From assembly GCA_051294375.1 (NCBI GenBank), contig CM119265.1:12141866-12205865 (forward strand): a DNA stretch of 64,000 nt. Reading direction: 5' to 3'. Positions within the stretch are counted from its first letter, which is position 1. Each line of letters begins with the position of its first letter. The translations under genes were made by a program, and so were the position numbers. Shown here in pieces: positions 48,799 to 62,010 of the stretch. The DNA comes from Paraspadella gotoi. Taxonomy: Eukaryota; Animalia; Chaetognatha. Below the pieces are notes generated by a model that made no database searches, was not told the DNA's origin, and was given only the letters and a program-made list of their open reading frames with translations.

Positions 48799-51700
48799 TT
48801 AGTAATCGACGACTTTTCCGCAAGTTGGACAAAGGCATCCTTCTTTCTCGCCCGCGATTTCTGTTAGACACTCCTCACATCTGAAAATGAAATTAGCAAT
48901 CCAAGTTAATTTAGGACAATGGTTTAAAATCAATGTCATAAAATAACCATATTACTATATTTTTTTTTAAATCAACCCACTCTTGAGAATTCCGCCATCC
49001 AGGTTAATTTAGGAAAACGATGTCAAATCAACACTCGGAGTGTTGATGTGTTGACAACACTCCCTTCAAAGGCAGCAGTCACCCTCCACCACACCGCCCG
49101 CATCTCTCATCCTCGAACTTGTAACCTCACAAACTCTACTTCCTCACCTGAGAGTCTTGAGCGGGCCGCCCTCGCCACCCGAGGGCGCCGTCGGCTTCTT
49201 TTTATTCTTCTTTATATCGGGATAGAGCGACTTCTTCTCCTCGTCTTGCGACGTATACGACACCTGGGGAGAAATCGAGAGGTTTGCGTCAATTTTAGTC
49301 TCCAAAGTAAACTTGATTGGCAGCAATTTTGAAATGTGTATAGCTTGTAGTCGGCTTCGTAGCTTGAGCTGCGACTACAACATGAAAAAAAACGGATTGA
49401 CTCAGTTTGAGTTTTACCAAAATTTGAAATTTGAAATTTTTACGATCAAATTTAAATTTAAAACTTGTTCTAATTAAACATTTGTAAATTTAGATTAGGA
49501 AAGAGAAATTTAAGGCGATTGCCTTGTATAATTATGGTGAAAAAATAATACAATGTTAAAGCGCTTTCTTTCCTCGGTTTCCAATTAGATGCATCCTACA
49601 TATTGGGGATTCCTTTATTGAAATCTACTTTAATGCATTAATTAATTTATTTATTAATCATTTTTTTCCCCACCGAGTCAAGCGACGTTGCCTCCTCTTC
49701 CTCTTTGAACTTCTCCCAAAGTTGCTCGACGACGGCGACGCAGGTGACGCGTCCGATGTTGCGGTCGATCAGCTGCAGCACGAAGCGACCGTCTCGACCG
49801 AGGTACTTGTGGATGAAGTCGCTCGTCAGCCTGAAAGTGGGGGAAGGGGCGTGATGAGGACAGTGGTTGACCTTGGACTGACCTTGAGGATTATGGCTTT
49901 GTGAGGCTTGTTCTTTTCCTACCGTTTAAATTTTTTTTTTTTTATTCATTATTTAAATTTAAAATAAATCTAATGAGTCTTAATGTAGAATGCTCTGTTC
50001 GGTTTTTCTAGTATTCATCCATGGTTTTTAATAAAAAATTAGTTGTGTTAGCGGAGTTTCCGTTTGTCTCCGCTAATCGTTCAATTTGTTTTTTAATCCC
50101 GTCGTCATAGCAACATAATCTTACTCGTTGTTCGACGTTTTGACTCCAAGCGACTTGAGTTGATCCAAAACGATTTTCTCGCGCGGAAAGAAAATCCTGA
50201 TCATCCAAATCACGATGCCGAGGACGGAAAGAATCGACAGAGATAGAAGCAGGAACGCGATCACTGAAATTAATTTAATAATTAGTAAAATTATAAACAG
50301 AAAATTGAATTTTCACCAAAACGTTTTGAAATTTGAGATTTTAATTTTGCACCGGCAAAGATTTTATCGTTGTAGAGATTAATGGGCAGAACGCAGTGAG
50401 TCGTATGGCTTAACAAGTAGTTGTTCATTTGTGGAGTTCCTTTGTATTCGCAAATCGTCCGTATGGGGAAGCGAACGGACGCGGTCCAATCCCGATCTAG
50501 AAAAAAAAAAGAACATCGTTTCTTCCTATGAAATTATCCATGTGAAAGACCAATGTTTAAATTTTAAAGTTGGTTGTTTTCTGACCGAATAACATTTTCT
50601 TGATGACTTTGAAGCTGTGAGATATGATCTCCGTTTGAAGAAAAGAGTGAAGTGCGATAAGTTGGAAAAGGACGTTGGCCAAATACAAGCATTTACTGGA
50701 AAAGATCAATGAAAAAATGTTTTTAGTAAACTCACTATAATCTTATTTATTCTAAAAAGAAGGAAAAAAAGTCAAAAAAAGTTTTCCCTATTTGTAAAAG
50801 AACGTGAAATAATGTAAGAAAAGTTAAGAACGTAAGAGACTTTCCTCACCTGGAAAAGTAAGCGCTGACGAGAAAGTTGGGCAAATATCGCTTCCGTCGC
50901 TCCGTCCGCTTCTTGAGCGCCAAAAACTGACGAAATAGAATGATGACGTCCTCGAGGAGAAATCCCCTGGCCGAGTTGTTGGACTGAATCTTGGCCAACT
51001 CGTAGACGCCCTTCATGAAGTTGGGAAGGTGGATCCCCGACATCTTAGACATGTTGCGCCAGATGATGTAGGGAATGTAGAAGCTGATCGCTTGGAGCAC
51101 GAGGACGATGGGGATCCACTGGTAGTAGGACACGAATCGCTTTTCGCCAACTGTTCCGTGATCTGGCGGCGGGAAGAACAAATTTTATGACGAGAAAAAA
51201 CAAATCTAATGTATTTTTTCGATAGTATAATCCGTAATCGTAAAAACTTTTCTTCATCTTCGTAAATTTTGAATTTCATAATTTTAATTGTGGGAGCGAT
51301 TTTTTTTTAACAAGAAAAAATCTTTCAAGATTAAGATAAAATTCTGACCTACACGTTTTAATTGTCACAATTGAATTTTTTCGCAATGATAATTTTAGGC
51401 AAATTGTTTTTCTATATATTGTTGTCTTGTATTTGTTAAAGAAGAATTGAAAAACCATTCAAAAAGACATGAACTGAGAATATATAAACCCCTTAAATTT
51501 TAATCTACTTTAATCTCATTTCTTTCTTTTATTTTCTGAAATTAAACTCACCCACTGAATCTCCATTCTTTTTCTCCCCGCGAAACGATTCGAAAGGTCC
51601 GTTCGAATCATCGGAGAAGTCGGTCAGGATTTGGTAAGTCGACGCCGTCCAGCAATATTGGTTGATGTAATCCACTTGGGGCCCTAAAGGCATTTCCAAA

Positions 51701-52883
51701 TAATAGGGAAAAAGGTTTACAAGGCTATTATCGGTAAATCATAATTATGGCGAACCATTAAAAATTTATTATTTCGTTTCTCACGCAGCGAAGCCACGAA
51801 ACATAACATGGTATAGAATATGGTGTATAAATTATATAAAGATATCAATTTTTAACAAGATTTAGTGAACTCACCGCCGAATTCGGCTCCGAGGTAACAG
51901 TTAATTGGATTCCCCACGAATTGATTTCCCCCGATGATGATGCAAGTGACCGCGAGAACTAAAACCATGAATTTCCTGTTAAAGAGGGAAAAAGTAATTT
52001 AGATTTCGAGAACGAGATGTCTTTTTATTTCTCTCTAAATCTTATTGTGACAATTGAACCGGTTCTGTAATGATAGAATAAATTAATCTCGTCAAATGAC
52101 TATTTCAGATTTTTTTTAAGTCTCAAATTATTCGGTGCCGATATTTTTAAAAGACCTGTCAAAATGAAACTAAAAAAAATATAATTATTAGTAGTTGAAC
52201 AATTTTTTTGTATGATCGTCTTTGTTTTAAGAAAACGTGTTGGAGGCTGTGTTGCTGATATGTGCTTGAAAACATGCCTCATCCTCTTATCTTTTGTGCA
52301 ATTTGTAAGATTACTTTGTTCAATGTCCAGGCAAATACTTTTTGACAAAGTCACAGATCAGGAGTTTTGGTTTAGAGAGAAACGTTTATTTTATATTTTC
52401 AAAAAATGTTAAGCCAAGACAAAGTACAAGCTTTCTGGCAATTTCACCAATTACAGAGCAAAGAGACAAGCTTTCTGGCAATCTTCCAGACTTTAATTAT
52501 AAGAAGAGAGAGAGAACGAAATGAGGGCGGACGTCGGTCGAGATACCCCACGCGGGTCGGAGCCCGAAAAAAGAAAGACCATTTCAAAGGTGCGTCAAAA
52601 TTGGTTTTTATTGACATTAATGAATTAGCTCAAAATTAAATCCGATTAAAAGAATTTGTTATATTAATCAAAGAAGTTAAAAGAACATTCCTGATTTGTT
52701 TTTACTTTATTGCATTAAATTAAGGAGTAAAATTTTAGATAAACATTTAAAATACATACTTTCTACGATTTCTGGTTAACCTTTTTTTTAAAGCGATATT
52801 TACCGGTGAAGTCTATCAAATACATCGTCGATGAAGGAGCTTTCTTTAAAGGCTTTTCCGATGTTGGATAAAACGAGTGACAT
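48799..52883 (-). CDS. Innexin A. Exons 52883-52804, 51975-51875, 51683-51552, 51162-50850, 50695-50586, 50496-50353, 50263-50125, 49830-49674, 49263-49148, 48880-48799
   Basis: 'DDVFDRLHR', 'QFVGNPINC', 'YINQYCWTASTY', signature 'YYQWIP', 'FPIRTICEY', 'CVLPINLYNDKIF' and 'YLGRDGRFVL'. All introns are GT-AG and splice in frame. Confidence 0.95.
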
Positions 52884-54930
52884 GGCTTAAGTTGTATTTT
52901 TTATCTTTGGGCTCGGTCTTTTAAATGCAATAAAGTTTTTGTCTTGTTTTTATTCAGTTTGTTTGTTTTTATTATTTTGTTTTGTTTTGTTATGTTTTTT
53001 TTTCTTTTGAAGTAATATAGGGAAATGAGATAAATGCTGTAGGCAAGGGCGCGCGTTGGCGTTCGTCGGGAAAATGAGTTACCCAGTGAGTTATCGACAA
53101 AACATTCGGAAGCCGAGGTAAGTCGCAAGAAAAGGATCCGACTTGACGAAAAACTTGTCTTACAAACAGGACCCGCGGTCGTCATCGTCGATGTCAACGT
53201 CGTCGTCGTTGTGGCGTCCTTTTTGATCGAGGGATGCGAATGCGCTCTCATTCACTTTCTAAGAGTTCATAATATACCAGTACGGATGTAAACGAACCTT
53301 ACTAAGTAGCACAAGTTCTACTCTAATTTAGGCGCAACGATGTTGTGTAGCTTACAGAATGATGGCTGTGTAATGGTTTTCCAGTGTCCGTCTTCGGACA
53401 ATTCTACTTTTTTAATCTCCTTCTCTCCGAATGTAAAATTTCTGATCGATATTTCCAGGAGTGCACTTTGTAATCATTCAGAACCACCTTTCGCGACAAG
53501 TCTTAGCGGGAGTTTATAAAAATACTCCGGACTCGAATACTTTATGAGGCAAAAAAAGCTGATGAAATCAAATTCAATTGATTAAGGCGAGGAAGGGGTG
53601 TTTAAAAGAGTATTGAAAGCGTTTTCACTTCTGTGAATATTTAATACGATAATTTCGGTACAGAAAACCATATCCAGCTTATCATATATGAAGCAACGCC
53701 GCGAGTTCGTTTGAACCTGAAAACGAGAAATTGACTGGAGTCCTGAGCGCATAAACCAGTAATGGCAGTAATCATCTGTCATAAACGCTTTGCTGGTTGG
53801 AAGAAGGCAAACTTGTCTTCGAAAATGTGAAATATCTTTTTAATGGCAATTGTTCTATTACTGTTCTAGTTTGCCCTTACATATGATTTTGCTTAGCAAC
53901 TTTGTTATTCTTTTTCTGTTTTTGTTTTCAGCATTACCATCTAATCATAAAAATATTCAAACCGGCCGATCGGACTTCTATCGCGTCTTACGGACTTTTA
54001 AGATCAATCCAAAACTGGGGCGAGTCTGGTGACGCAATTCGGTCGCCAACGCCCCCAGGGAGAAATCCTCTTCATCTTCCTCGTGGTACCCGAGATCCAC
54101 ATCTTTTTCCTCTTCTCTTTTTTCTTCAGTTCGTGCTTCGACGCGAATTTAAAGGGTCAAACTTTCCCCGATGAGGGGTAAGTCTCGAAAGGGAAAAGAT
54201 CGTCAGTTTATGATAACAAATTGACAATATTTACATACTTCAATGTTAGGTACCGACTCAAAAATTAATAACGTCTGTGATCAGATCCTGGAATAAAGAC
54301 ATCAGAGAACCGATTGGAGAAACAAGATTTCGAGGGGTCGAGGTTGGAAAACAATATGAATGATATTCAACTATTTAATTTATTTATAATTCCTTCAAAA
54401 TTCTACCAACTTTTCGCGCTAGACTGGATTCCTCCCTCACCACGCCCTCACGTAAAATCAACCGGAAAAAGAATGCTCTCTCTTTTGACTTCTTGATCGA
54501 AATCTAGGAGGCGAAACCGGTTTATTTTCTTACGCGATTCGAGAATTTACCTTTTTATCATTTTCGATGACGTTTATTTATAATTAAATCGAAATATCAC
54601 GTAAAAACTAAAATCTCGATTTTCTACTATCTTCTCAAATTTCGTTCGATCAGGCGATAATTAAAAAAGAAACAAAAAACTCGATCTTAGCCTGTGACGT
54701 GCCCCCTCCCCCTTGTTTTTTTACTCTCCTACACTATTGATTCTTTTAATACCCCCCTAATCATCTTCATCATTCATTTTATTACCACCCCTCCATCCCG
54801 TGCGGTTCCGAGCGCGCGTTTCGAAATTTCACGATTTTGGAAAAACAAAACGTCGACGATCCTCATGTGAAAAAAGGGTCTTTCATCTAGAGAGAGAGAG
54901 AGAGAAGAGAAGATGAGAGAGAGAGGAGAC

Positions 54931-54980
<50 letters not shown>

Positions 54981-56891
54981 TAGAATCCGCGGAAGAAATG
55001 TTTAAAACACATTTCAAGTCAGTCATTTCGCCAATCAGTGACTCATTAATCGCTGTATCGCGAATATTTGAATAATGAAATGCCAAAATCACAACATTTA
55101 TTGCGATAAACACTTATTTTTTCAAAATGTTTTTTTTAAATTCTTTTATATAAAAAATAAGGAAGAAAAATATCCCTGATATTTTGATCAATTTGATGAT
55201 TTGATTGTCCTTTCTGAAACTAAGTAGTATCTGAGAAAAAATATACGATTCTCTTTTTCTCTCCATCTTATCGTTGTTTTTGTTTTTTTTTGTTTCTCGT
55301 AAGTCGTAACGATCCAAGCTTCATTTATCCTTAGCGGCTTAGTTTAAATAATACTGCGATTCCCTCGCCCATGTTTTTCTTCTCCTTCGTCTATATTGAG
55401 CCCTAAATTTTCCATCGTCCCCGCGATTCTATTTTAATCTCAATAACAATCGCCGGTTGCGAGGATTAATGACCCACAGTGGGATGGGCAGAGAAAAAAG
55501 AAAATACTTCGGACTACCGCAAAAAATCAAGGTTTAAAAAAAATCAACATTTGAAAAAAAATCCCTGTGCTGCGGTACATTTACTTATTACAAATTACTT
55601 CCTGTGCTCTTTCAGCTTTGAAAACGACGCCTTTGCATGTAAGATTTATTTTCAATAAATTAATCTCGATCGCATTCAAGGAAACTGGAGAAGATTCCAA
55701 CCGCGATATTTAAAAGCCGATCGATTTTCCTGGGAAAGGAGTAAATCAAGTAAAGTCAACTTAGTTTACTGCACATTAAAAAACTTTAAAAAGTTGCCGC
55801 AGTTTTTTCACTTAAAAAAAAAACGGTTTTAACTGAAGTAGGAGATTATTTTTTGCCACCCACCGAAATCGCGCACGAATTCTACTACATAGTAACATTA
55901 CTACTCTCGTTCTCGTATCGTCTCATCGTTTATATTCCATTGCTCGTTTATTTGCACGTTCACTTGATTATTCATTCATGGGGATTTTCAATCTCGAAAC
56001 CGTAGAATGACATGATGAGTTGATGACATAATTCAATCTTGGTGTTTTATCGAGGTAAATCTCCGAGTCGGGAATCCCGTCCTTGGCTCAGCGTGGATTT
56101 CGTTCTCGCTTTACTCGACCTGATTAATCGATACTTTTCCTAATGTTAATCATTATCACCGCCATCATCATTATCATCAGCAAGACTCTCGTTATGTCAG
56201 TTTGTGAATGACTTTTTGCTTCTTGGCTAATATCTACCTCGTGGAACTTCCTTATGAATTACCGTCCGGCCGTGCCGCCTGTTGTCGGGCCGATAACGAT
56301 GTAAAATTTTCTCTATTTCTACATGGTGACAATTTGACAAGCGCCGGTACAAAAACGCGGTCATTTGCAAACCCATTATTATTTTTTTAATGTTAAATAT
56401 GAATCTAAAAGTAAAAACCCAAACTATTTATATATACAAATTTTATCAGAATCGACTTTGATATGCCTCAGCAATGATTTGAAAAATTTAAAATCGTCTT
56501 TAATTTTTAAACTCACTTTTTTTAAATTTGATTTTTTTCTCTTAATTACAGTAAGTTTTCTGTAGAAATTTGAAATAAAAAAATATTAATATTATTATTT
56601 TCTGAAAGATCTTTCAAATCTAAAGAGAATGACGTACTTACGAATACTGTAGTTTAAAATTTAACCGGCCAAGCTTTAATTTAATTAGGATACTCAAAAA
56701 CGAGACATCTTTCCAAAAATCAATAGCTGGAAGGTAAATTTAAGATTTTTATCAAATTGTGAACTTAAATATTTTTTCATGATACTTATATAAATAATAA
56801 TATTTTATGTTATAATAATCTAAACTGGTCAGATATTTAGCGAAAACAAAGTTTAGATTTGTACTACAACGATTTTATTTTATTTAATGTG

Positions 56892-56933
56892 AACAGACAA
56901 TGTTTCGACTCTGTTCGAGCCTTCATCAGTGTT
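56892..56933 (-). ncRNA. Type I hammerhead ribozyme with all helices formable, in a pLTR-like repeat (~56860-57240)
   Basis: On the - strand: AACA-CTGATGA-A-GGCTC-GAACA-GAGTC-GAAAC-ATT-GTC-TGTT. Helix I is AACA/TGTT and the cleavage triplet is GUC. Confidence 0.8.
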
Positions 56934-56978
56934 TTTGACAGACATATCAAAACTTTTTGCAAAAATAAGAATGTGGTT

Positions 56979-57012
<34 letters not shown>

Positions 57013-57163
57013 GAGAGGAGAGAGAGAGAGAGAGAACACAGAGTTAAAGTTCCAACAAAGTGGTGAGACAGAATAGTGGTCAGAGGTGAGGACAGGTGAA
57101 GGCAAGGACAGATTGGAGTTGAGTTTTTGGAAAAAGAAGTGAAATGTCAAACAGAGAGAGAGT

Positions 57164-57200
<37 letters not shown>

Positions 57201-57386
57201 ATATGATACATTTGTTGCATGTACAACAAAGATATAAGATTTTTAAAGTGGAAATAACAATTAGCTAAATAATAAATTAAACGAAGGAATACCGCATTAT
57301 GGCTAAAAAAAGATTTAAAATTTTAGATATTCACTTTTGACTCTCTTAATTGAAACAAGGTGGGAAGCTTAATTTTTATGTTAGAG

Positions 57387-58673
57387 CTTACGTAATAGGG
57401 CGTTGAAAAATAACGAAATATAACAAATCAAGTGAGGTAATAGCTATTTTAGTGTAATAAAGTCTGTAGAATTCGATGATGATAACCATTTTTTTGTATA
57501 GTCTCATCTTCTTTGTCGAAAATGGCGATTTTTGCCGCAAATAAGGTGCTATTAAAATGGAGCAAACATTGTAGAGTATTAGAAACTCAAATTATTAAGA
57601 TTTTATAAAAGCCATATTTAACTTACATAATATGAAAATAAAGACCCATATAAATATTTTGGTAAGTTTATTTACAAATTTTATATTTTATTAATAGTTT
57701 TGTTAGCTTATATTTATTAATAAATAATAATAAAAATAAGCTAAAGTGAAAAAATAAAAAATAAAAATTTTAAAACGGATTTGAATTCCTTACAAAAAGT
57801 TGATATAAGAAAGTATAATCCATTTAAAAAAATCTTTCATTAAGTAGGTTAAAAATATTAAAAACTATTATTTTTGTTTAATTTTTTTTATTTTTGGCTT
57901 AAAATTATAGTTTTACTGAATTTTGACCAACTTAATGACATAATTTTGATATAAAAATTATATTTTCTTATATCAACTTTTTGGAAAGAACGCAAATCCA
58001 TGAAAAAAAATTGAAATTATTATTTTTTAACTTTAACCTAATTTTTACTCATAATTATTATATAAATATAGTTAACTAACTTTTTATAAAACATAAAATT
58101 TAGAAATAAACTTACCAAAATATTTTTATAAGTCTTTATTTTATATTTTAAAAGCTCATATAAATTTTATAAAATTTTAATAATTTGAATTATCATAACT
58201 TATAATGGTTTTGCTATTTATAAAAATTTTATATACATTAAAAACCGTCATTTCGACAAGAAAGATAAAATTATACAAAAAATCGTCATCACCATCGAAT
58301 TCTACAGACTACATTATACTAAAATAGCTATTTATGAATAAGGCGCTAAGTGGGCTGAAGATGACTATCCGTAACTTCTATAACCCCCTTTAGTAGCTAT
58401 GGAACGGGTCCTGGGCTTAGAACCAGGCTTGAGGGTTCGCCACACCCCCAAAGCGGCTTACGGCCGTCCTCACACTTCCCGCAGAGTAGGTACCGGGTTG
58501 GGATTGAACCCGGTACCTAGTGGTCATGAGTTGATGGCTTTACTCAATGAGCCACCGGGTCACGACTGAAGGTGTTATGCTTAGAGGCGGGGTGAACTTT
58601 GCTATGCCCCACTACATATGTACCTCACTTGATTTGTTATTTTTTTTTATTTTTCAACGCTCTATTGCGTAAG
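57387..58673. mobile_element. Foldback MITE with long imperfect TIRs
   Basis: CTTACGTAATAGGGCGTTGAAAAATAA... versus ...TTATTTTTCAACGCTCTATTGCGTAAG. The arms pair over several hundred bp, and the right arm is interrupted by a SINE. Confidence 0.7.
58335..58561 (-). mobile_element. tRNA-derived SINE, second family
   Basis: On the - strand: GACCCGGTGGCTCATTGAG (A box) and GGGTTCAATCCC (B box), followed by a body shared with 30213-30360. Confidence 0.75.
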
Positions 58674-59382
58674 TATATCATTATTTTCATATTTTAAGGG
58701 CTTTTTTAGGATATTAATATTGTATTTTGTTTAAAAAAGTGCTAAAAGTTAAAAAAAAAATTAATTTAAAAACAGTGAGTTGGAAACCCGATTTTAAAAG
58801 CCAACTTATTGTCAAGGCATATCTTAACTGATCAATATAAAATATGAATAAATAAATGATTTTAATATTTTCTACTCTTCTAATTTTTAAAATCAATGAA
58901 ACAACTACTGGTTTGCAAATGACAGCGTTTTTTACAGGCGCTTGTCACCATGTATAATTGTATATTGTTAATTTTTATATTGTTAATAAATTAATAAATT
59001 TATATTGTTAATTTTTTTTAACGACATGGTTCTTCCCAAGATTTGGGACGTCCTTGATCCAGGATCTAGCGACAGGTCACCGTGTCTCGACTCTCTATCG
59101 GCGTGATCGTGTTCCAAATTATCATTCGACGTTTGGCGCTGGCACCACGATCTGGCCGCGGCCCGGCCCGCATGACCTCCAATAGTTTTTTATCAAAATC
59201 CGATTTTTTTATTTGACTTCTGATACGGCCCCGAATAGGCTATCCAAAGCTGTCTTTTTCTTTTTCCCTTCAGTTAATAGTTTCCCGTCGTTACTCGCTA
59301 AACTTTCCCGTTCAAACTTCTGTTTCGGAAAAGCCCTTCAGCTGAATTTCTCGGCATTCCCCAAAAACACGCGATGCGGTCG

Positions 59383-59428
<46 letters not shown>

Positions 59429-60421
59429 CTTTTCTTTCTTTTCTTTCTTTCTCTTTATTCGCGCTTTCGCGCCAAATCTACTCCCACGCGTTTAATTCCT
59501 CTACTTTTTTCTCTTCTCTTCCCTTACTTTTCGTTACTTTCCTCCTTCCAACTTCTGATCTGATTAGACTACATATATATTAATAAATTTTATATCCAAT
59601 ATCCAATCTCCGAAGGTTTATATTTAAAAATGAGTCAGCGATCACCCGCTGAACGTTCTTGTTCGATGTCATCATTTCTACCGGAAAGTCGAGCTTTTAA
59701 ATTTTTTGTCATGCGAATAAAATTTGAAAAGTTTTAAACGAAATCGAAAGCGTTTGAACAACTTAAAATTTCGTTTTTGCTACAAAATTTTTAGCAAGTA
59801 CTTCTACTATATTGGCGGATAAAAAAATCATACGTCGAACATTAACATTAACATTATTTTACTCATCTTTTTGTCTTCATACAATGTTTAAACCATAATA
59901 AATATACAATATGGAATATAATACTCAAGTATGAAACTCAAGTAAGATCTTAAAATAATTACGCCAGTAGCGAGAAGCCATTTTGTTGCATCACCAATAT
60001 TTTAAAAGTTGACTTTGAGGTTTAGATCCGGATGGTCATCTTTAAAAAAAGGCGTACAAATAAAGATGGATGTATATAATAAATATATATAATATATTAA
60101 ATGAATGGATAATTTTTATATTGGTTGTACCAATTTCATATAATTTTATATATTATATTTACAATATATCCATCTTTTTTTGAATATTTTTTTTAACTCA
60201 ATGAAACTACCACATTTCATTGGTTTTTTAATTGCCTTTTGTTTTCTTTGGTTTTCCACTTTTGTTGTGCAAATAATCAACTCATTCCTCAAAACTGACT
60301 CTTTTTCTCTTTACTGTAGCGGAATCTTGCCTCTTCACTCTTCAGGTCGCGAGGTTCTTCCATGGTGCTCCACGCATCTTCCCCCATTTTAGCTCGCGGC
60401 GCGCAGCGCGTGCTTCCTTGC

Positions 60422-60487
60422 ACTCTATCTCTTTCGTTCTTCTCTCTCTCTCTCTCTCTCTTTTTCACTCTCTCTTTCTCTCTTTCA

Positions 60488-60544
<57 letters not shown>

Positions 60545-60624
60545 TCTCTCTTCTCACTCTCTCTCTCTTCACTTCTCTTTCTCTCTTTCTCTCACTTTCT
60601 CTTTCTCTCTCATTCTCTCTCTCA

Positions 60625-60668
<44 letters not shown>

Positions 60669-60672
60669 TTTC
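60422..60672. repeat. Long imperfect (TC)n microsatellite, one of many (GA/TC)n tracts (e.g. 642-727, 4648-4725, 8891-8944, 54888-54976, 61944-62020)
   Basis: Directly visible dinucleotide runs. They explain the poly-ER and poly-LS ORFs in the ORF track. Confidence 0.95.
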
Positions 60673-61941
60673 TATGTATCTGCATTTATTTCTAGTTTCT
60701 TTTTCTCAGAATTGTAACTGCATAAATTATGAGATTTATGATAGTGAAGATATTAACTATAGTGATAATAAAATAGTCAGTAAAAGACCTCGATGTCATG
60801 ATAAGATTTAAAATGAATATAAGGCTCATCTTTTTAATCTGTCTTCTCCATTCCTTCCCTCTCTCTATCTCTTCTATGTGCTGCTTCTATATTTGCTTCT
60901 AGTCTCTTCTATGTTGTTGCCTCTCACTCTTTCTCTCGGTCCTGGGCAGCAGCAGCTCCGCCACCAAGTGCACGCCCCCCCCCGTCCCCCGCCACCTCAC
61001 CACGCGCGGTCGTTGTCCGGGGATTCGCGAACGAGAAACGCAATTTCTTCCCCTCAGCTTTTTTTCTTTGTTTGTTCTTCGTTGTTTCTTTTGTGTTTTT
61101 CCCTCTGTTTTTTTGTTGTTTTTTTTCACAATCGATCTTAAGATGATTGAGTGGGATTAACGTCGCAAACTCACGGATTTAAAAACTCGCGCTTTTTATA
61201 CTAGTACTAAGTATATCGTTTATTTCGAGAGTATTTTTTCGCTTTTAGTTTTTTCCTTCATTTACTTTTTTTTTAATATTCATTCTTCTTTGTATTTTTC
61301 TTTAACTTCTTACTCACCCTACCTGAAACTGTATGTTCTGCATGTTCTCGGGTTTGGACACGTTATTGACACAAAGTCTAAAAATCACAACGTCTTAAAT
61401 TAACCATAAATATTTAAACTAAAAAAGAAAATTGAAAATCGAAATCTGGGAAATTTAAAACTACGCAGCGACGAAATCTAATTCCGTCCTCTCATCTACA
61501 GTAAAACATCAAATAGCCTTCGAGAAAATCTGCATTCTAATCATATTTTCTTGTACGTGGAATAATTCTGACCATATGGAAACGTTTACCGAACTTCGAC
61601 CGTAATTATCATTTACTTTTTCACCTCGTAAAAAAAAACGAGAATTTTTCCCTGTACTTTAACTTTAAAATTTGTCTGTCAGTCCCAAGAGGCTGTGCTT
61701 TTTTTTCCCCCCGTCTTCTAGAATTTTATTTTCCTTTCTTTTCTCCGTCTTTGTTCCCATTGTTTAGACGCGATGCACCTTTTTCATGCCTCTTGCTTTT
61801 CCTTTCTTTTTCTTTTTTTTCTTTTTTTTTCAACTTCGCGAATCGCGATCTCGAAGATTCTTGAGCTAAATTTGATCTCAAAAATCTTCAAATTTTATTT
61901 CGGTTCCACTTGGAAGGGAAAAAGTAAACCTGTTATTTTTG

Positions 61942-62010
<69 letters not shown>

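Larger units (their letters stand above)
56322..58952. mobile_element. Tc1/mariner-like non-autonomous element with TA TSD, hosting nested inserts
   Basis: TA|CATGGTGACAA...GTCATTTGCAAACC at the left end is inverted as GGTTTGCAAATGAC...TTGTCACCATG|TA at the right end. Confidence 0.7.
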
